Positions 10,131-19,528 of a stretch of 64,000 nucleotides of DNA are shown piece after piece (positions within the stretch are counted from its first letter, which is position 1; every line of letters starts with the position of its first letter). Under the pieces are notes generated by a model. It was not told the origin of the DNA, did not search any database, and worked only from the letters and a program-made list of their open reading frames with translations. The position numbers were made by a program, and so were the translations under genes. Origin of the DNA: a virus (lineage: Duplodnaviria; Caudoviricetes); IMG/VR virus record IMGVR_UViG_2706795919_000001, positions 1 to 64,000 of that record. One strand, given 5' to 3'.

Positions 10131-10406
10131 ATGGCTGAACTGAACGAGCTTGTGGGTTCTCTGTTCAAGGAACTGATCGACTCTGTGCGTATTCCGGAGC
10201 CGCTTGAGGTTGCGCCTGGCCTGACGGTCACTAACCCGACTAAGAAGCAGGCTAACGAGCTTATGAAGGCCACCACGGAGGAAGAGGCTCAGCGCATCAT
10301 CTTCGGTGACCAGTTCGACAAGGCTATGGAACTGTTCGATCCGCAGCCTGTGCAGGTCTGGAACGCTTTCATGGAGAAGTACAACGAACACTTTTTTCGG
10401 AAGTAA
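10131..10406 (+). CDS. tail assembly chaperone (gpG-like)
   Basis: Between major tail and tape measure; ends CAC TTT TTT CGG AAG TAA. Confidence 0.85.
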   Translation: MAELNELVGSLFKELIDSVRIPEPLEVAPGLTVTNPTKKQANELMKATTEEEAQRIIFGDQFDKAMELFDPQPVQVWNAFMEKYNEHFFRK

Positions 10407-10947
10407 GTCTCAGGATCAAATCTGCTTAGTCGCGCAGTTGTTTGAGCGGTACTGGAAGGCTCTTAACTGGGACTTCCAGCACCTTCTTAACCACAACGTG
10501 TTGGATTACTTCGCGGCTCCGTGCAGGTGCGGTCAGTGCCGGGAACGGCATGGAGACTTCGCTAACCGCTATGTGTCGCGTCGTACGTGGGACCAGTTCA
10601 TTTCGCACTATGAGTGCTTGCTGGCCTGGCGCGGCTCTTATACGCAGGCGATGTACCTCAGCGATCCTGAGGTTATCGAAATGCAGGTTAACGCTTCGGA
10701 CGAGGATTGGAAGTCGGGCGGTAAGCCGGGCTTGTGGCAGTGGACGAAGGAAATGGATGCCGCGTATTACATCGCGGATCAGGTGCAGGCTGGTCGTATC
10801 CGTAATCCGGATGACTTTAAGCCGTACCCGCGTCCTGAGCTTCCCGCCGAGAAGGAACGTAAGAAGCGTAAGGAACGGAAGGTTAATTCGGGCATCGAAG
10901 CTGCTTTGGCGCGTGGCGCTGAGGCTGCTAAGTGGAACTACCTATAA
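10396..10947 (+). CDS. tail assembly chaperone frameshift extension (gpT-like)
   Basis: Overlapping open frame (+1) without its own RBS/start, directly before tape measure. Confidence 0.8.
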   Translation, partial: FGSKSQDQICLVAQLFERYWKALNWDFQHLLNHNVLDYFAAPCRCGQCRERHGDFANRYVSRRTWDQFISHYECLLAWRGSYTQAMYLSDPEVIEMQVNASDEDWKSGGKPGLWQWTKEMDAAYYIADQVQAGRIRNPDDFKPYPRPELPAEKERKKRKERKVNSGIEAALARGAEAAKWNYL

Positions 10948-10975
10948 CTGAATAACAACTTAATAAGGGGGCACT

Positions 10976-13900
10976 GTGGCTGAATTTGTTGCCGCCCAGG
11001 CGTCGGTGCTGATCGTGCCGACGCTTGGGAAGGGTGCCAACAGCTTCCATACGAAGCTAAAGGGCGAACTACAGAAGGTCCGCGAGTCGGTTGACGTGCA
11101 GGTTAACGCCGACACTACCCGGATGATGGCCGAGGTCCAGACGGCTAAGACCGCGCTGGAAAAGGACCCAATCAACCTGCGCGTTGCCGTCGATAATGAC
11201 GGGTTTAAGACCCTGATCAAAGACGTGCAGCATATTCAGACCGTCTATCAGGACCTAAAGTCAGATTTCAAGAAGGGGTTATTCCTTAACCTTAAGGTCG
11301 TTGGCCTTAGCACGCTTAACATGGCGGCGCTGGCTATCGGGTCCCTGAACACGTCGCTTGTCGAGCTGGCGCAGTCATCGCTAGTGGTGCCGGGCATCAT
11401 GGCGGGCCTTGCCTCGTCTCTGACGGCGGGCATTGTTGGCTCGCGTGGCCTCGCGGATGCTTTCAAGGCTCAGGCGACGGCGACTAAGAACGCTACCGAC
11501 TCTGCACGGCAGCAGCGGGACGCGAATAAGGCGGTGCGCGATTCGACGCGTGACCTTAACAACGCCATTAAGGACGCTAAGCGCAACCTACAGGATTTGA
11601 ACGACCAGCTTCGGGACGCTCCGCTAGACGAAGCGGAAGCGATGATGAATCTGGCTGAGGCTCAGGCTGAGGCGAACAACAGGCTGGGCAAGTCGGCGTT
11701 TGACCTACAGAAGGACCAGCTACGACTACGCCGGGCTGAGAACGAGCTAGCGGATACCCGTAAGACGAACGGGCGGCTGGCTCAGGACGTGGCTGAGGCC
11801 AACGTCAAGGGCATTCAGGGTAACGACGCGGTTGTGGCCGCGACGGAGCGGCTGACGGCGGCTCTTGAGGATCAGCGGCGCGGCGCGGACGCGGTAAACG
11901 ACCTGGCCGACGCGATGGCGAAGCTGTCTCCGAACGCTCAGGATTTCGTCAACAAGGTCAAGGCTCTGGGCGGCGCTTGGAATGAGCTTCGCTTCGCGGT
12001 GCAGGACCGTCTATTTGCCGGTCTGGGCGACGATGTAACCACTCTGGCGGGTAAGAGCCTGCCCATGCTCCGAAAGGGGCTAGAGGACGTTGCAGGGTCC
12101 CTTAACGGCAACCTGCGTACGGCGCTCGGTGCGCTGGGTCAGGATCAGAACCAGGGATTCCTAGAGAACATCTTCGGCAACACGGCTGACGCTGGCCGGA
12201 TTTTCGATCAGGCGATTAACCCGCTGATTGGTGGTCTGCTGCGGCTTAGCTCTGTTGGGTCGGACTCGCTGCCTCGTTTGTCGGACGCCTTTGGCGACGT
12301 GATGACGCGGTTTGAGAACTTCATTACGAAGGCCGACGAGAACGGCAATCTTGACAAGTGGATTGATCAGGGTCTAACCGCGCTGACGGAGCTTGGTAAC
12401 ACGCTCCTGAATATCGGTTCGATCATGAACACGGTGTCTGAGGCGTTTACGGGCGCTGGTGGTAAGTCGGTCACGGAGTGGCTTGAGACGAACACTAAGC
12501 GGCTCGCGGATTTCCTTAAGGGTCCGGAGGGTCAGCAGAAGCTACGCGATATCTTTGCGAATGCGCGCGCTGAGTTCTCTAAGTGGGAGCCGGTTCTAAA
12601 GACCATTCCTGGGATCATTAAGAACATCGCGGACGCGGCTCAGAACTGGGCCAATATCGTGATGCCGTTCCTGAACACGGTTGCGCCGATCCTGCGGGAT
12701 CATCCGGGCCTAGTCATGGCGATTTTCACGGCTTACATGACGTGGAAAACCGCTTTCCCTGTTATCCGTGGGCTTAACACGCTGATTGGTACCGATACGG
12801 GACTTGTCGGTGCGGCTAAGCGCGCTGGTAGGGAGATTGGCGAAGGCAAGGGTCTGTCGGGCAAGCTGCGTGCGTTTGGCAACCTGATTGGGCCTGGTGG
12901 CCTGGTCATGGGTGGCCTTACGGTGCTGGCCGGATTCCTGATCAACGATTGGGTTCAGGCTCAGCAGCGGGCAGCGGATGCGGTTCAGCATCACGCGGAC
13001 ATGGTTGCTCTGCTTAAGGGCAACATTGATTCGCTGTCGGGGTCGATGACGCAGCAGGGCTTGGTCGATACGATCAACGGCCTAAGTTCGTGGCAGGACC
13101 CAAGGGGTAACCGCCGCGACATTCCGATGATCGCTCGGGATCAGGGGCTTACGGACCAGTTCACGCGGGCTATGAATCCTACGGATCAGGCCGGGCGTAA
13201 CGAGTTCGCTGGCACGGTTCGGGAACAGCTTCGTCAGGAGCTTGGACCTAAGCTCAAGGAAACGGTTGACACCGTTAACCATGAGCGGGATTCACGCGGC
13301 GGCGACGAGAGCGGTACTCCGGTTCTTACGGAAGATGCTTTCCTAGACGCTCTGTTGAGCGGGCCGCAGACGCGTACGGACTTCGCCAAGAAGTATTTCA
13401 TGCGCGAGACGCTGGACAACTTCATCTTTGGTGAGGATACCGGTCTGCCGTTCAACGTTGGCGACACGCCTGGTCTGTCTAAGCGGGCGCAGGACCTTAT
13501 CTCGCTTAACGCGGCGACTAACGAAGCCGTGGACTCGGGATTGGCTCAGGGTCAGCTTAACCGCGACCTTGGGCGGTCGTTGTCTGGCGCTAATGCTGAG
13601 TTCCTGCCTGGTGGTCCGTTCGCTAACTTGGGTACGCCTCGGGCGTTCTACAACATTAACCGTGATGGTGGCGCGACGATTGAGGTTGATACGCCTCCTG
13701 ATCGCCTGCCTCCGGCGCTTGTTGAGCAACTGGGTCAGTACAACATTGAGCCTTTGGCCGGTAACTCGGGTTCGTCTATCAAGGTGGACCCTGATCTGGC
13801 TAAGCAGTTCTTGCAGCCTCAGATCGCGCGAGCGGCTGGCGGCATTCTTAAGGGTCCTGGTAGCGGTACGTCGGACTCGATTCTGGCGCGCGTCTCTAAC

Positions 13901-16219
13901 GGCGAGTTCGTTATGCGCGCGGCGGCGGTCGAGAAGTACGGTACGCATTTCCTAGACGCGTTGAATGCTGGCGCGCTTGGTACGGATGATCTGCCGGGCT
14001 TCTGGCTTGGTGGTCTGATCGGTGGTCCTAAGACGGATACGCCTGGGCCTTTCCCGCTGCCTCCGGGCACGCCGGGGCAGGTGCCGATGACGGTTACGCA
14101 TGGTCCGACTAACGGGTTTGTTCCTGCCATTCCTGGCGCTCCGAACATTCCGGACGGTCCTCCGTCGTTCACGCCGGGTATTCCGGGTGCTCCTGGTGGA
14201 AGCCTTGGGCCTCAGAGTCCTACGGGGATGATCGGTCCGTTCGCGGTGCCTGCGAGCATCATTCCGAAGCCTGCGGCTCCTAAGCCTCCTACGGGGGTTA
14301 AGGGTCCTGCACCTTCGCTGAGTGGTCCGCAGAATCCGGGGCTATTCGATCCGGTTACCGGTACGTACACGCCTCTTAGCAGTGCTAGTGGCAATGTGCC
14401 TAAGCCGGGCAGGGACGGCGATCCGGGGGAGACTCCTGGTCCTAACCTGCCTCCGACTGACGCTAAGTCTCCGTTCAACCCGCAGACGCACGGTTCCGGC
14501 GCTTCGCCTGGGACGGGCAACGGTGTTCCGCATCTAACGGGCGCTGCGCCTGGGCCTGGGGGCAGTGCGAGCCTTGTGCCTTCGGTGAGTGGCGATACCG
14601 GCAGTCCGCTACAGAACATGATCAACGGTTGGAATCCGTCGCTTACGCCGTCCGCTAACGACCCTCTGGGGCTTAGTGGTCTGCCAGACAACTTGCAGCC
14701 GGTGAGCATTTTGGAGCAGGTTGGCGAGATTCTGCTAAGCGCGGTTCTGGGGTTCTTTGGCATTGATCCGACGTACTTCGGTATCGGGAAGAGGGTCTTT
14801 ACGGGCCTCACCGGTAAGGGCGATAAGGATAAGGACGCGCAGAAGGCCGCAGTTCCGGGTGTTGACGAGCTTATGGCGGCTGATCCATACGCTTACTACG
14901 GCGTGGGTACGCCGGGCACCGCCGATATGGCTATGGGCTACGGTCCTGCGGCCACTCGCGCGGCGGCTATGGCGGCTCAGATGCAGGGTAAGCCGTATGT
15001 GTGGGGCGGTTCGACGCTTGACGGCACGGACTGCTCGGGCATGGTTATGTACGTCGCAGACGCGTTCATGGGTAACGAGTTCAAGGGCCGCTCCGGTGGC
15101 ACCGGGGGCTTTTCGTCCACGATTCCCGCTAAGGGTGGCGTGATCATTGACGATCCAAGCGAGGCTCCACCGGGGACTCTGCGGATCGGGTGGAACGCTA
15201 GCCATACGGCGGGCACGCTGCCTGACGGTCGCAACTTTGAGTCGAGTACGTACGGCAAGCCGATTGCGGTTGGCGCTGGTGCGTCGGGATACAACGATCC
15301 TCAGTTCACGAACTGGGCGTACTTCGCTGCGCCGGGTTACGCGGCTGGCGGGTTGCTAAGGGGTCCTGGTAACGGGACCTCTGATTCGATCCTGGCGCGC
15401 TTGAGTGACGGCGAGTTCGTTACTCGGGCGTCGGTGGTGTCGCGTAATCCTGGTCTGTTCTCGGCGCTTAACAGCGGCGCGATTGACCCGGCGATGTTCC
15501 CTAAGTTCGCGGACGGTACTCCGGTGCCGTTGCAGATCGCGGGGATGCAGACGCAGACGCCTCAGCAGGCGGGTCCTCTGCCTCCACCAGTTGCTCCTAT
15601 GGCGGGTCCTCCGGGACCTGACCCTCAGGCTCCACAGAGTCAGCCTCCGGTGACGGATACGGCGGCTCAGGCGCTCGGGGGTATCAGCCTTGGCGGCACT
15701 AGTGCGGCAGACGGCGCTCAGCCGGGCGCTGAGGGACCGGAAGGGGCTAACCCAGAGGTTGACCCACGGTCGATTCTCGGCGCGGCTCCGACGAACACGG
15801 ACCACAACAACCCTGCTCTGTCTAAGGGCATTCAGGGTGCGTTTAGCACGGTGGGTTCGATTGCATCTATGGCGGCTTCGGCGGCTCTGTCGGCGGGCAC
15901 GATGGGCGCGGGTGCGGCGGCTTCTGGCCCTGCATCGTCTGGCATCCAAGCGGGCGCGCAGATGGCCGGTCAGGTCGCTACGGGTGCTCTCAATATCCTG
16001 TCGAGCTTGCTTGTGGGTACGGCTCCTGGTCAGTCGGGCACTACGGCTAACGCTTACGGTGCTCCGGTTCTGCCTCAGGGTCCTCCGCAGAGTCAGCCTC
16101 GCGGTCCTGGTGTGGTTAACAACTACGGCGATATCCATACGGCTAACTACGAAGAGTTCCATAGGGGACAGCAGCGTAGGGAGGCGCAGACGCAGGCACC
16201 ATTCCTGCCGATGCGATAA
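10976..16219 (+). CDS. tape measure protein with NlpC/P60-like peptidoglycan hydrolase domain
   Basis: 1747 aa, Ala-rich helical; GKPYVWGG...DCSG...HT NlpC/P60 motif between two GPGxGTSDSILARxSxGEFV repeats. Confidence 0.95.
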   Translation: MAEFVAAQASVLIVPTLGKGANSFHTKLKGELQKVRESVDVQVNADTTRMMAEVQTAKTALEKDPINLRVAVDNDGFKTLIKDVQHIQTVYQDLKSDFKKGLFLNLKVVGLSTLNMAALAIGSLNTSLVELAQSSLVVPGIMAGLASSLTAGIVGSRGLADAFKAQATATKNATDSARQQRDANKAVRDSTRDLNNAIKDAKRNLQDLNDQLRDAPLDEAEAMMNLAEAQAEANNRLGKSAFDLQKDQLRLRRAENELADTRKTNGRLAQDVAEANVKGIQGNDAVVAATERLTAALEDQRRGADAVNDLADAMAKLSPNAQDFVNKVKALGGAWNELRFAVQDRLFAGLGDDVTTLAGKSLPMLRKGLEDVAGSLNGNLRTALGALGQDQNQGFLENIFGNTADAGRIFDQAINPLIGGLLRLSSVGSDSLPRLSDAFGDVMTRFENFITKADENGNLDKWIDQGLTALTELGNTLLNIGSIMNTVSEAFTGAGGKSVTEWLETNTKRLADFLKGPEGQQKLRDIFANARAEFSKWEPVLKTIPGIIKNIADAAQNWANIVMPFLNTVAPILRDHPGLVMAIFTAYMTWKTAFPVIRGLNTLIGTDTGLVGAAKRAGREIGEGKGLSGKLRAFGNLIGPGGLVMGGLTVLAGFLINDWVQAQQRAADAVQHHADMVALLKGNIDSLSGSMTQQGLVDTINGLSSWQDPRGNRRDIPMIARDQGLTDQFTRAMNPTDQAGRNEFAGTVREQLRQELGPKLKETVDTVNHERDSRGGDESGTPVLTEDAFLDALLSGPQTRTDFAKKYFMRETLDNFIFGEDTGLPFNVGDTPGLSKRAQDLISLNAATNEAVDSGLAQGQLNRDLGRSLSGANAEFLPGGPFANLGTPRAFYNINRDGGATIEVDTPPDRLPPALVEQLGQYNIEPLAGNSGSSIKVDPDLAKQFLQPQIARAAGGILKGPGSGTSDSILARVSNGEFVMRAAAVEKYGTHFLDALNAGALGTDDLPGFWLGGLIGGPKTDTPGPFPLPPGTPGQVPMTVTHGPTNGFVPAIPGAPNIPDGPPSFTPGIPGAPGGSLGPQSPTGMIGPFAVPASIIPKPAAPKPPTGVKGPAPSLSGPQNPGLFDPVTGTYTPLSSASGNVPKPGRDGDPGETPGPNLPPTDAKSPFNPQTHGSGASPGTGNGVPHLTGAAPGPGGSASLVPSVSGDTGSPLQNMINGWNPSLTPSANDPLGLSGLPDNLQPVSILEQVGEILLSAVLGFFGIDPTYFGIGKRVFTGLTGKGDKDKDAQKAAVPGVDELMAADPYAYYGVGTPGTADMAMGYGPAATRAAAMAAQMQGKPYVWGGSTLDGTDCSGMVMYVADAFMGNEFKGRSGGTGGFSSTIPAKGGVIIDDPSEAPPGTLRIGWNASHTAGTLPDGRNFESSTYGKPIAVGAGASGYNDPQFTNWAYFAAPGYAAGGLLRGPGNGTSDSILARLSDGEFVTRASVVSRNPGLFSALNSGAIDPAMFPKFADGTPVPLQIAGMQTQTPQQAGPLPPPVAPMAGPPGPDPQAPQSQPPVTDTAAQALGGISLGGTSAADGAQPGAEGPEGANPEVDPRSILGAAPTNTDHNNPALSKGIQGAFSTVGSIASMAASAALSAGTMGAGAAASGPASSGIQAGAQMAGQVATGALNILSSLLVGTAPGQSGTTANAYGAPVLPQGPPQSQPRGPGVVNNYGDIHTANYEEFHRGQQRREAQTQAPFLPMR

Positions 16220-16239
16220 CTAAATACGGAAACGCGGTT

Positions 16240-16284
16240 AGGCCGCTCGGTTAAGGGTTCCAATCCCTTGGCCGGGCGGCCTTT
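16240..16284 (+). terminator. hairpin / possible terminator after tape measure
   Basis: GGCCGCTCGGTTAAGGG...CCCTTGGCCGGGCGGCC followed by TTT. Confidence 0.5.
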
Positions 16285-16307
16285 CCCGTTAGAAAGACAA
16301 CTGAATA

Positions 16308-17198
16308 GTGACCGATTTTCTCAAGATTGAATTGAAGGGTCGGGACGGTTCGCTTTGGAATCTATCGGGTCCCGGCATGGGCGCGCAGGGTGTGACGCTT
16401 TCGCCTGGTGCGTTGGAGAACTTCTACGACGCTCCGGTTAAGACGCTTTACGTCCCTGGTCCGTTCGGTGAGGAATACGCCGGGAAGCGCGCGCAGCGCC
16501 GCGAGATTGTGTTTACGGTCCAGGCGTTCGACGGCGAGCCGGAAACGTGGTCAACCATCGACTCTAAGTGGCGGTGGGCGTGGGATTACGACGAGGAATC
16601 TGAGCTAAGGGTTACGACGGCTGACGGTACTCGGTACCTAAAGGTGCGCCTGATGGAAGCGCCTAAGCCTTACTACGAGAAGGACCCGCATATCACTGCG
16701 GATAACCCAATCGTGATGACTGTGACCGCTACGTTCCCTTATTGGCGGGAAACCGCTAAGGAATACAAGTGGTCAACCCTGCAAACGCAGGACATGACGA
16801 CTTTTGACATTTTCAACTACGGCGATGTGCCGATCTTTTTGCGGTGGTTCGTTACGGCTCCCGGTCTGTGGATTCTCCCGGACTTCTCTTGGGGCAACGA
16901 CATGTACTCGCGTGGCCTTGAGGATCAGGGCCGCACCATTCCTCTGCCTGAATTGGTAGAGAACGAGCACTGTTCGGTGGACTCGGACCCTCGCGTTCAG
17001 ACGATCATTGCGGTTAACGGCTCCCCGGTGCAGCACCGCTGGAAGGGCAACGACCTGCTTTACCCGCTGATGCCGGGTAAGGGCGGGAAGGTCCCGGTAC
17101 GGCTTAAGAACGCTCCGCAGGGTGGCGCTATCAAGCTGACGCAGGAGCGTTGGCACTCGCGGCCTTGGTCGCGGCCAGGGGTGTTGCCGAATGGCTAA
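16308..17198 (+). CDS. minor tail protein (distal tail, Dit-like)
   Basis: First gene after tape measure; GRDGSLWNLSG N-terminus typical of mycobacteriophage Dit. Confidence 0.85.
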   Translation: MTDFLKIELKGRDGSLWNLSGPGMGAQGVTLSPGALENFYDAPVKTLYVPGPFGEEYAGKRAQRREIVFTVQAFDGEPETWSTIDSKWRWAWDYDEESELRVTTADGTRYLKVRLMEAPKPYYEKDPHITADNPIVMTVTATFPYWRETAKEYKWSTLQTQDMTTFDIFNYGDVPIFLRWFVTAPGLWILPDFSWGNDMYSRGLEDQGRTIPLPELVENEHCSVDSDPRVQTIIAVNGSPVQHRWKGNDLLYPLMPGKGGKVPVRLKNAPQGGAIKLTQERWHSRPWSRPGVLPNG

Positions 17199-18954
17199 TA
17201 CCGACTGGCAGAGCATCTTGGCGGCGGCTGACGGTGACGAGTGGGCGGCGTTTAGCTCGCTTGAGGACCAGGCGCAGACGGTGCGGGATCAGCACGCGGG
17301 AATCCGGCGCGCTAAGCCTCTGATCCGGTTGTGGATGAACAACCCGGAGGGTGACGCGGGCCTGGTCTACGTGGGGCGCGTCGATTACGACGACACCATT
17401 AACGGCAGCTTCCCGTTTAAGAACAACACGCCGTCTCAGGGCATCTTGAACCTTCGGGATGATCACTACTTGGCGGTGTGGCTTAAGAAGCTGCCTAACG
17501 ATCCGGCGCTTAAGAAGAACGTCGTTATTACGGTGGACTTCTACGGCGGTAAGAAGCGGTGGAGTGGGCTGCTAGATCACTGGAAGATAATCACTAAGGA
17601 TCACGTTAAGCAGCTTGAAGTTACGTTTAACGATGACCTGACTTTCTTGCAGTACCTTTTGTGCCCTCCTAACCCGTTCCTACCAATCCCGGTCCTGCAA
17701 TTTCCGCGCATTTTCGGGCTGGCTGGCCCGGCAAAATGGACGATTAGCGTACTAATCCTAATCAACCTAATGCGTGTCCAGGGGAACTGGTGGAATCTGC
17801 CTGACGACCCCTTTGACCTTGAGTCTTGGGACGACGCTTTTGACTGGTCGGATTGGCAGTGTTTCGTTAAGGCGAATTCGTTCCTGCTAGACGATTCCTC
17901 GCTGTGGACTTTCGTGTCCTCGCGTATGAATCCGATTGACTCGGTTATTGCCGATTCGCTGGACGACGCGCAGCTTACGATCACTTACCGGCGCATCCTT
18001 ACGGATGACGGCGAGGTTAGCGATATTCCGGGTGTTCCTAACCCTAAGAATGGCGCTCTCGTCTTTGAGGTTGTCGATAACTCTAACGCTACGGCGCTTG
18101 AGGGGACCTTCTTTGAGGGGACCATCGTTGACGGCTTCGCGCGGTCGGTGCTGGTGTACGGCGGCGGCTTCGTTGAGGACACGCTGAGCACGGTTGGCGA
18201 CGACCAGACGTTGCAGCCTGACGAGTATTACCAGTCGGGATTCCTAGCGACTATGGCGAAGATGCCTTGGCTGGTGGTCCGAGATAACGAGTGGACGCCT
18301 ATTGAGTCGTCCGATCTAAGCTGGGGACCGGCTAAGAACGTTAGCGTTGTGGTCGGTGGCGATAACCCGGCTGCGGACGCTATCGCTAAGCTGATCATCA
18401 CCACAACCGGAAACTTGCTGGGCTATATGTTGCTCGGCGGTTTCTCGTCTGCGGGCGATATCGCAGCGGACATAATCATGCCGTTTATCGTCGGCACGAT
18501 TGCAGCGTGGCTGTACTGGAAAAACACCGGTCGAGCTACGCAGTTGGGGTGGGTCCACTACTGGGAGCTTTACCAGCAAGGCGCGGAGTCTAACTCCTGG
18601 TCGCTAGCGGCCCTTGCGGCTTTGCGAGGCGGGTTCCTGGTTGGGCGTGCGGAGACCGTTCACACGATGGCTCTGCATGACTCTTGGATCATTCCGGGTC
18701 TGCATATCGACGTGGGTCAGCGTATGGGATCGACGGTCAACTCTAAGGGCGTTGAGCAGATCATCTGGGTTAACCAGCTTGAGGAAATGACTGCGGCTTG
18801 GGATCACTCTAGCGGGGGGCAAATGCCGCTTAGCTGGGTGCTTAAGGCCGGTAAGTCTGATCGCGCTATGAGCATGGGCGAGCGTATGGCTCGTTTGACG
18901 AAAAAGATGAGTGAAGCTCTCAACAACGTTGGTGTCCAACTGGTTGCGAGCTAA
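17191..18954 (+). CDS. minor tail protein (baseplate hub, Tal-like)
   Basis: PNPFLPIPVLQFPR and VVGG motifs typical of mycobacteriophage minor tail proteins. Confidence 0.85.
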   Translation: MANTDWQSILAAADGDEWAAFSSLEDQAQTVRDQHAGIRRAKPLIRLWMNNPEGDAGLVYVGRVDYDDTINGSFPFKNNTPSQGILNLRDDHYLAVWLKKLPNDPALKKNVVITVDFYGGKKRWSGLLDHWKIITKDHVKQLEVTFNDDLTFLQYLLCPPNPFLPIPVLQFPRIFGLAGPAKWTISVLILINLMRVQGNWWNLPDDPFDLESWDDAFDWSDWQCFVKANSFLLDDSSLWTFVSSRMNPIDSVIADSLDDAQLTITYRRILTDDGEVSDIPGVPNPKNGALVFEVVDNSNATALEGTFFEGTIVDGFARSVLVYGGGFVEDTLSTVGDDQTLQPDEYYQSGFLATMAKMPWLVVRDNEWTPIESSDLSWGPAKNVSVVVGGDNPAADAIAKLIITTTGNLLGYMLLGGFSSAGDIAADIIMPFIVGTIAAWLYWKNTGRATQLGWVHYWELYQQGAESNSWSLAALAALRGGFLVGRAETVHTMALHDSWIIPGLHIDVGQRMGSTVNSKGVEQIIWVNQLEEMTAAWDHSSGGQMPLSWVLKAGKSDRAMSMGERMARLTKKMSEALNNVGVQLVAS

Positions 18955-19078
18955 GGGATAAACACCCGCGTTCCTACTGACGTGGGCAGCCCATATAAGT
19001 GCTGCCGTAAATCGAGTCCGGGTTATCAGCCACGCCGAGGGGCGTAAAGGCGTGGCACCAAACTTTTAAGGGGTAATT

Positions 19079-19528
19079 GTGGCTAAGACGCAAGCGGAGT
19101 CCAATTTGGACGATCCGAAGGAAATGTTCGCGTGGATGTTTGCGGCGGGTGTGCCTGACCCAAGGGATACGGAGGGGAAGTTTCCCAACCAGCCGCTTAT
19201 CCCGCCGATGTGCTTTCCGGTGCTAAGCGAAATGCTCTACCGGATGGGCGCGCGGTTCCACCCGGAATTGCAGACGGTGTGGGTCAAAGAGGGTGTTGGG
19301 CCGGAGCGGAATTTCCAGGCTAACGGCACGACGGACATTAAGCCTGAGGACATTGAGGCCGACGTGGCAGAAATGCTGGCCGATCAGTTCCCGGAAATCG
19401 CGCAGAAGATCAGTCAGGTTACTCCGGCGACTCACCAGGCCGCGCTTGAGCAGACCAGTAAGGAACTGCTCGCCAACCTGGCTGAGCTTAAGAAGGCGCG
19501 CGCGCAAATGGAGGGAGGTAGCGCCTAA
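19079..19528 (+). CDS. DUF2744-like minor tail-associated protein
   Basis: DPKEMFAW...SEMLYRMGARFHPELQ pattern. Confidence 0.65.
   Translation: MAKTQAESNLDDPKEMFAWMFAAGVPDPRDTEGKFPNQPLIPPMCFPVLSEMLYRMGARFHPELQTVWVKEGVGPERNFQANGTTDIKPEDIEADVAEMLADQFPEIAQKISQVTPATHQAALEQTSKELLANLAELKKARAQMEGGSA

Noticed and set aside
14020-14700. Pro/Gly-rich segment in tape measure read as an intein or insertion element
   Set aside because: No intein splice motifs or terminal repeats; a low-complexity linker between repeated tape-measure motifs.
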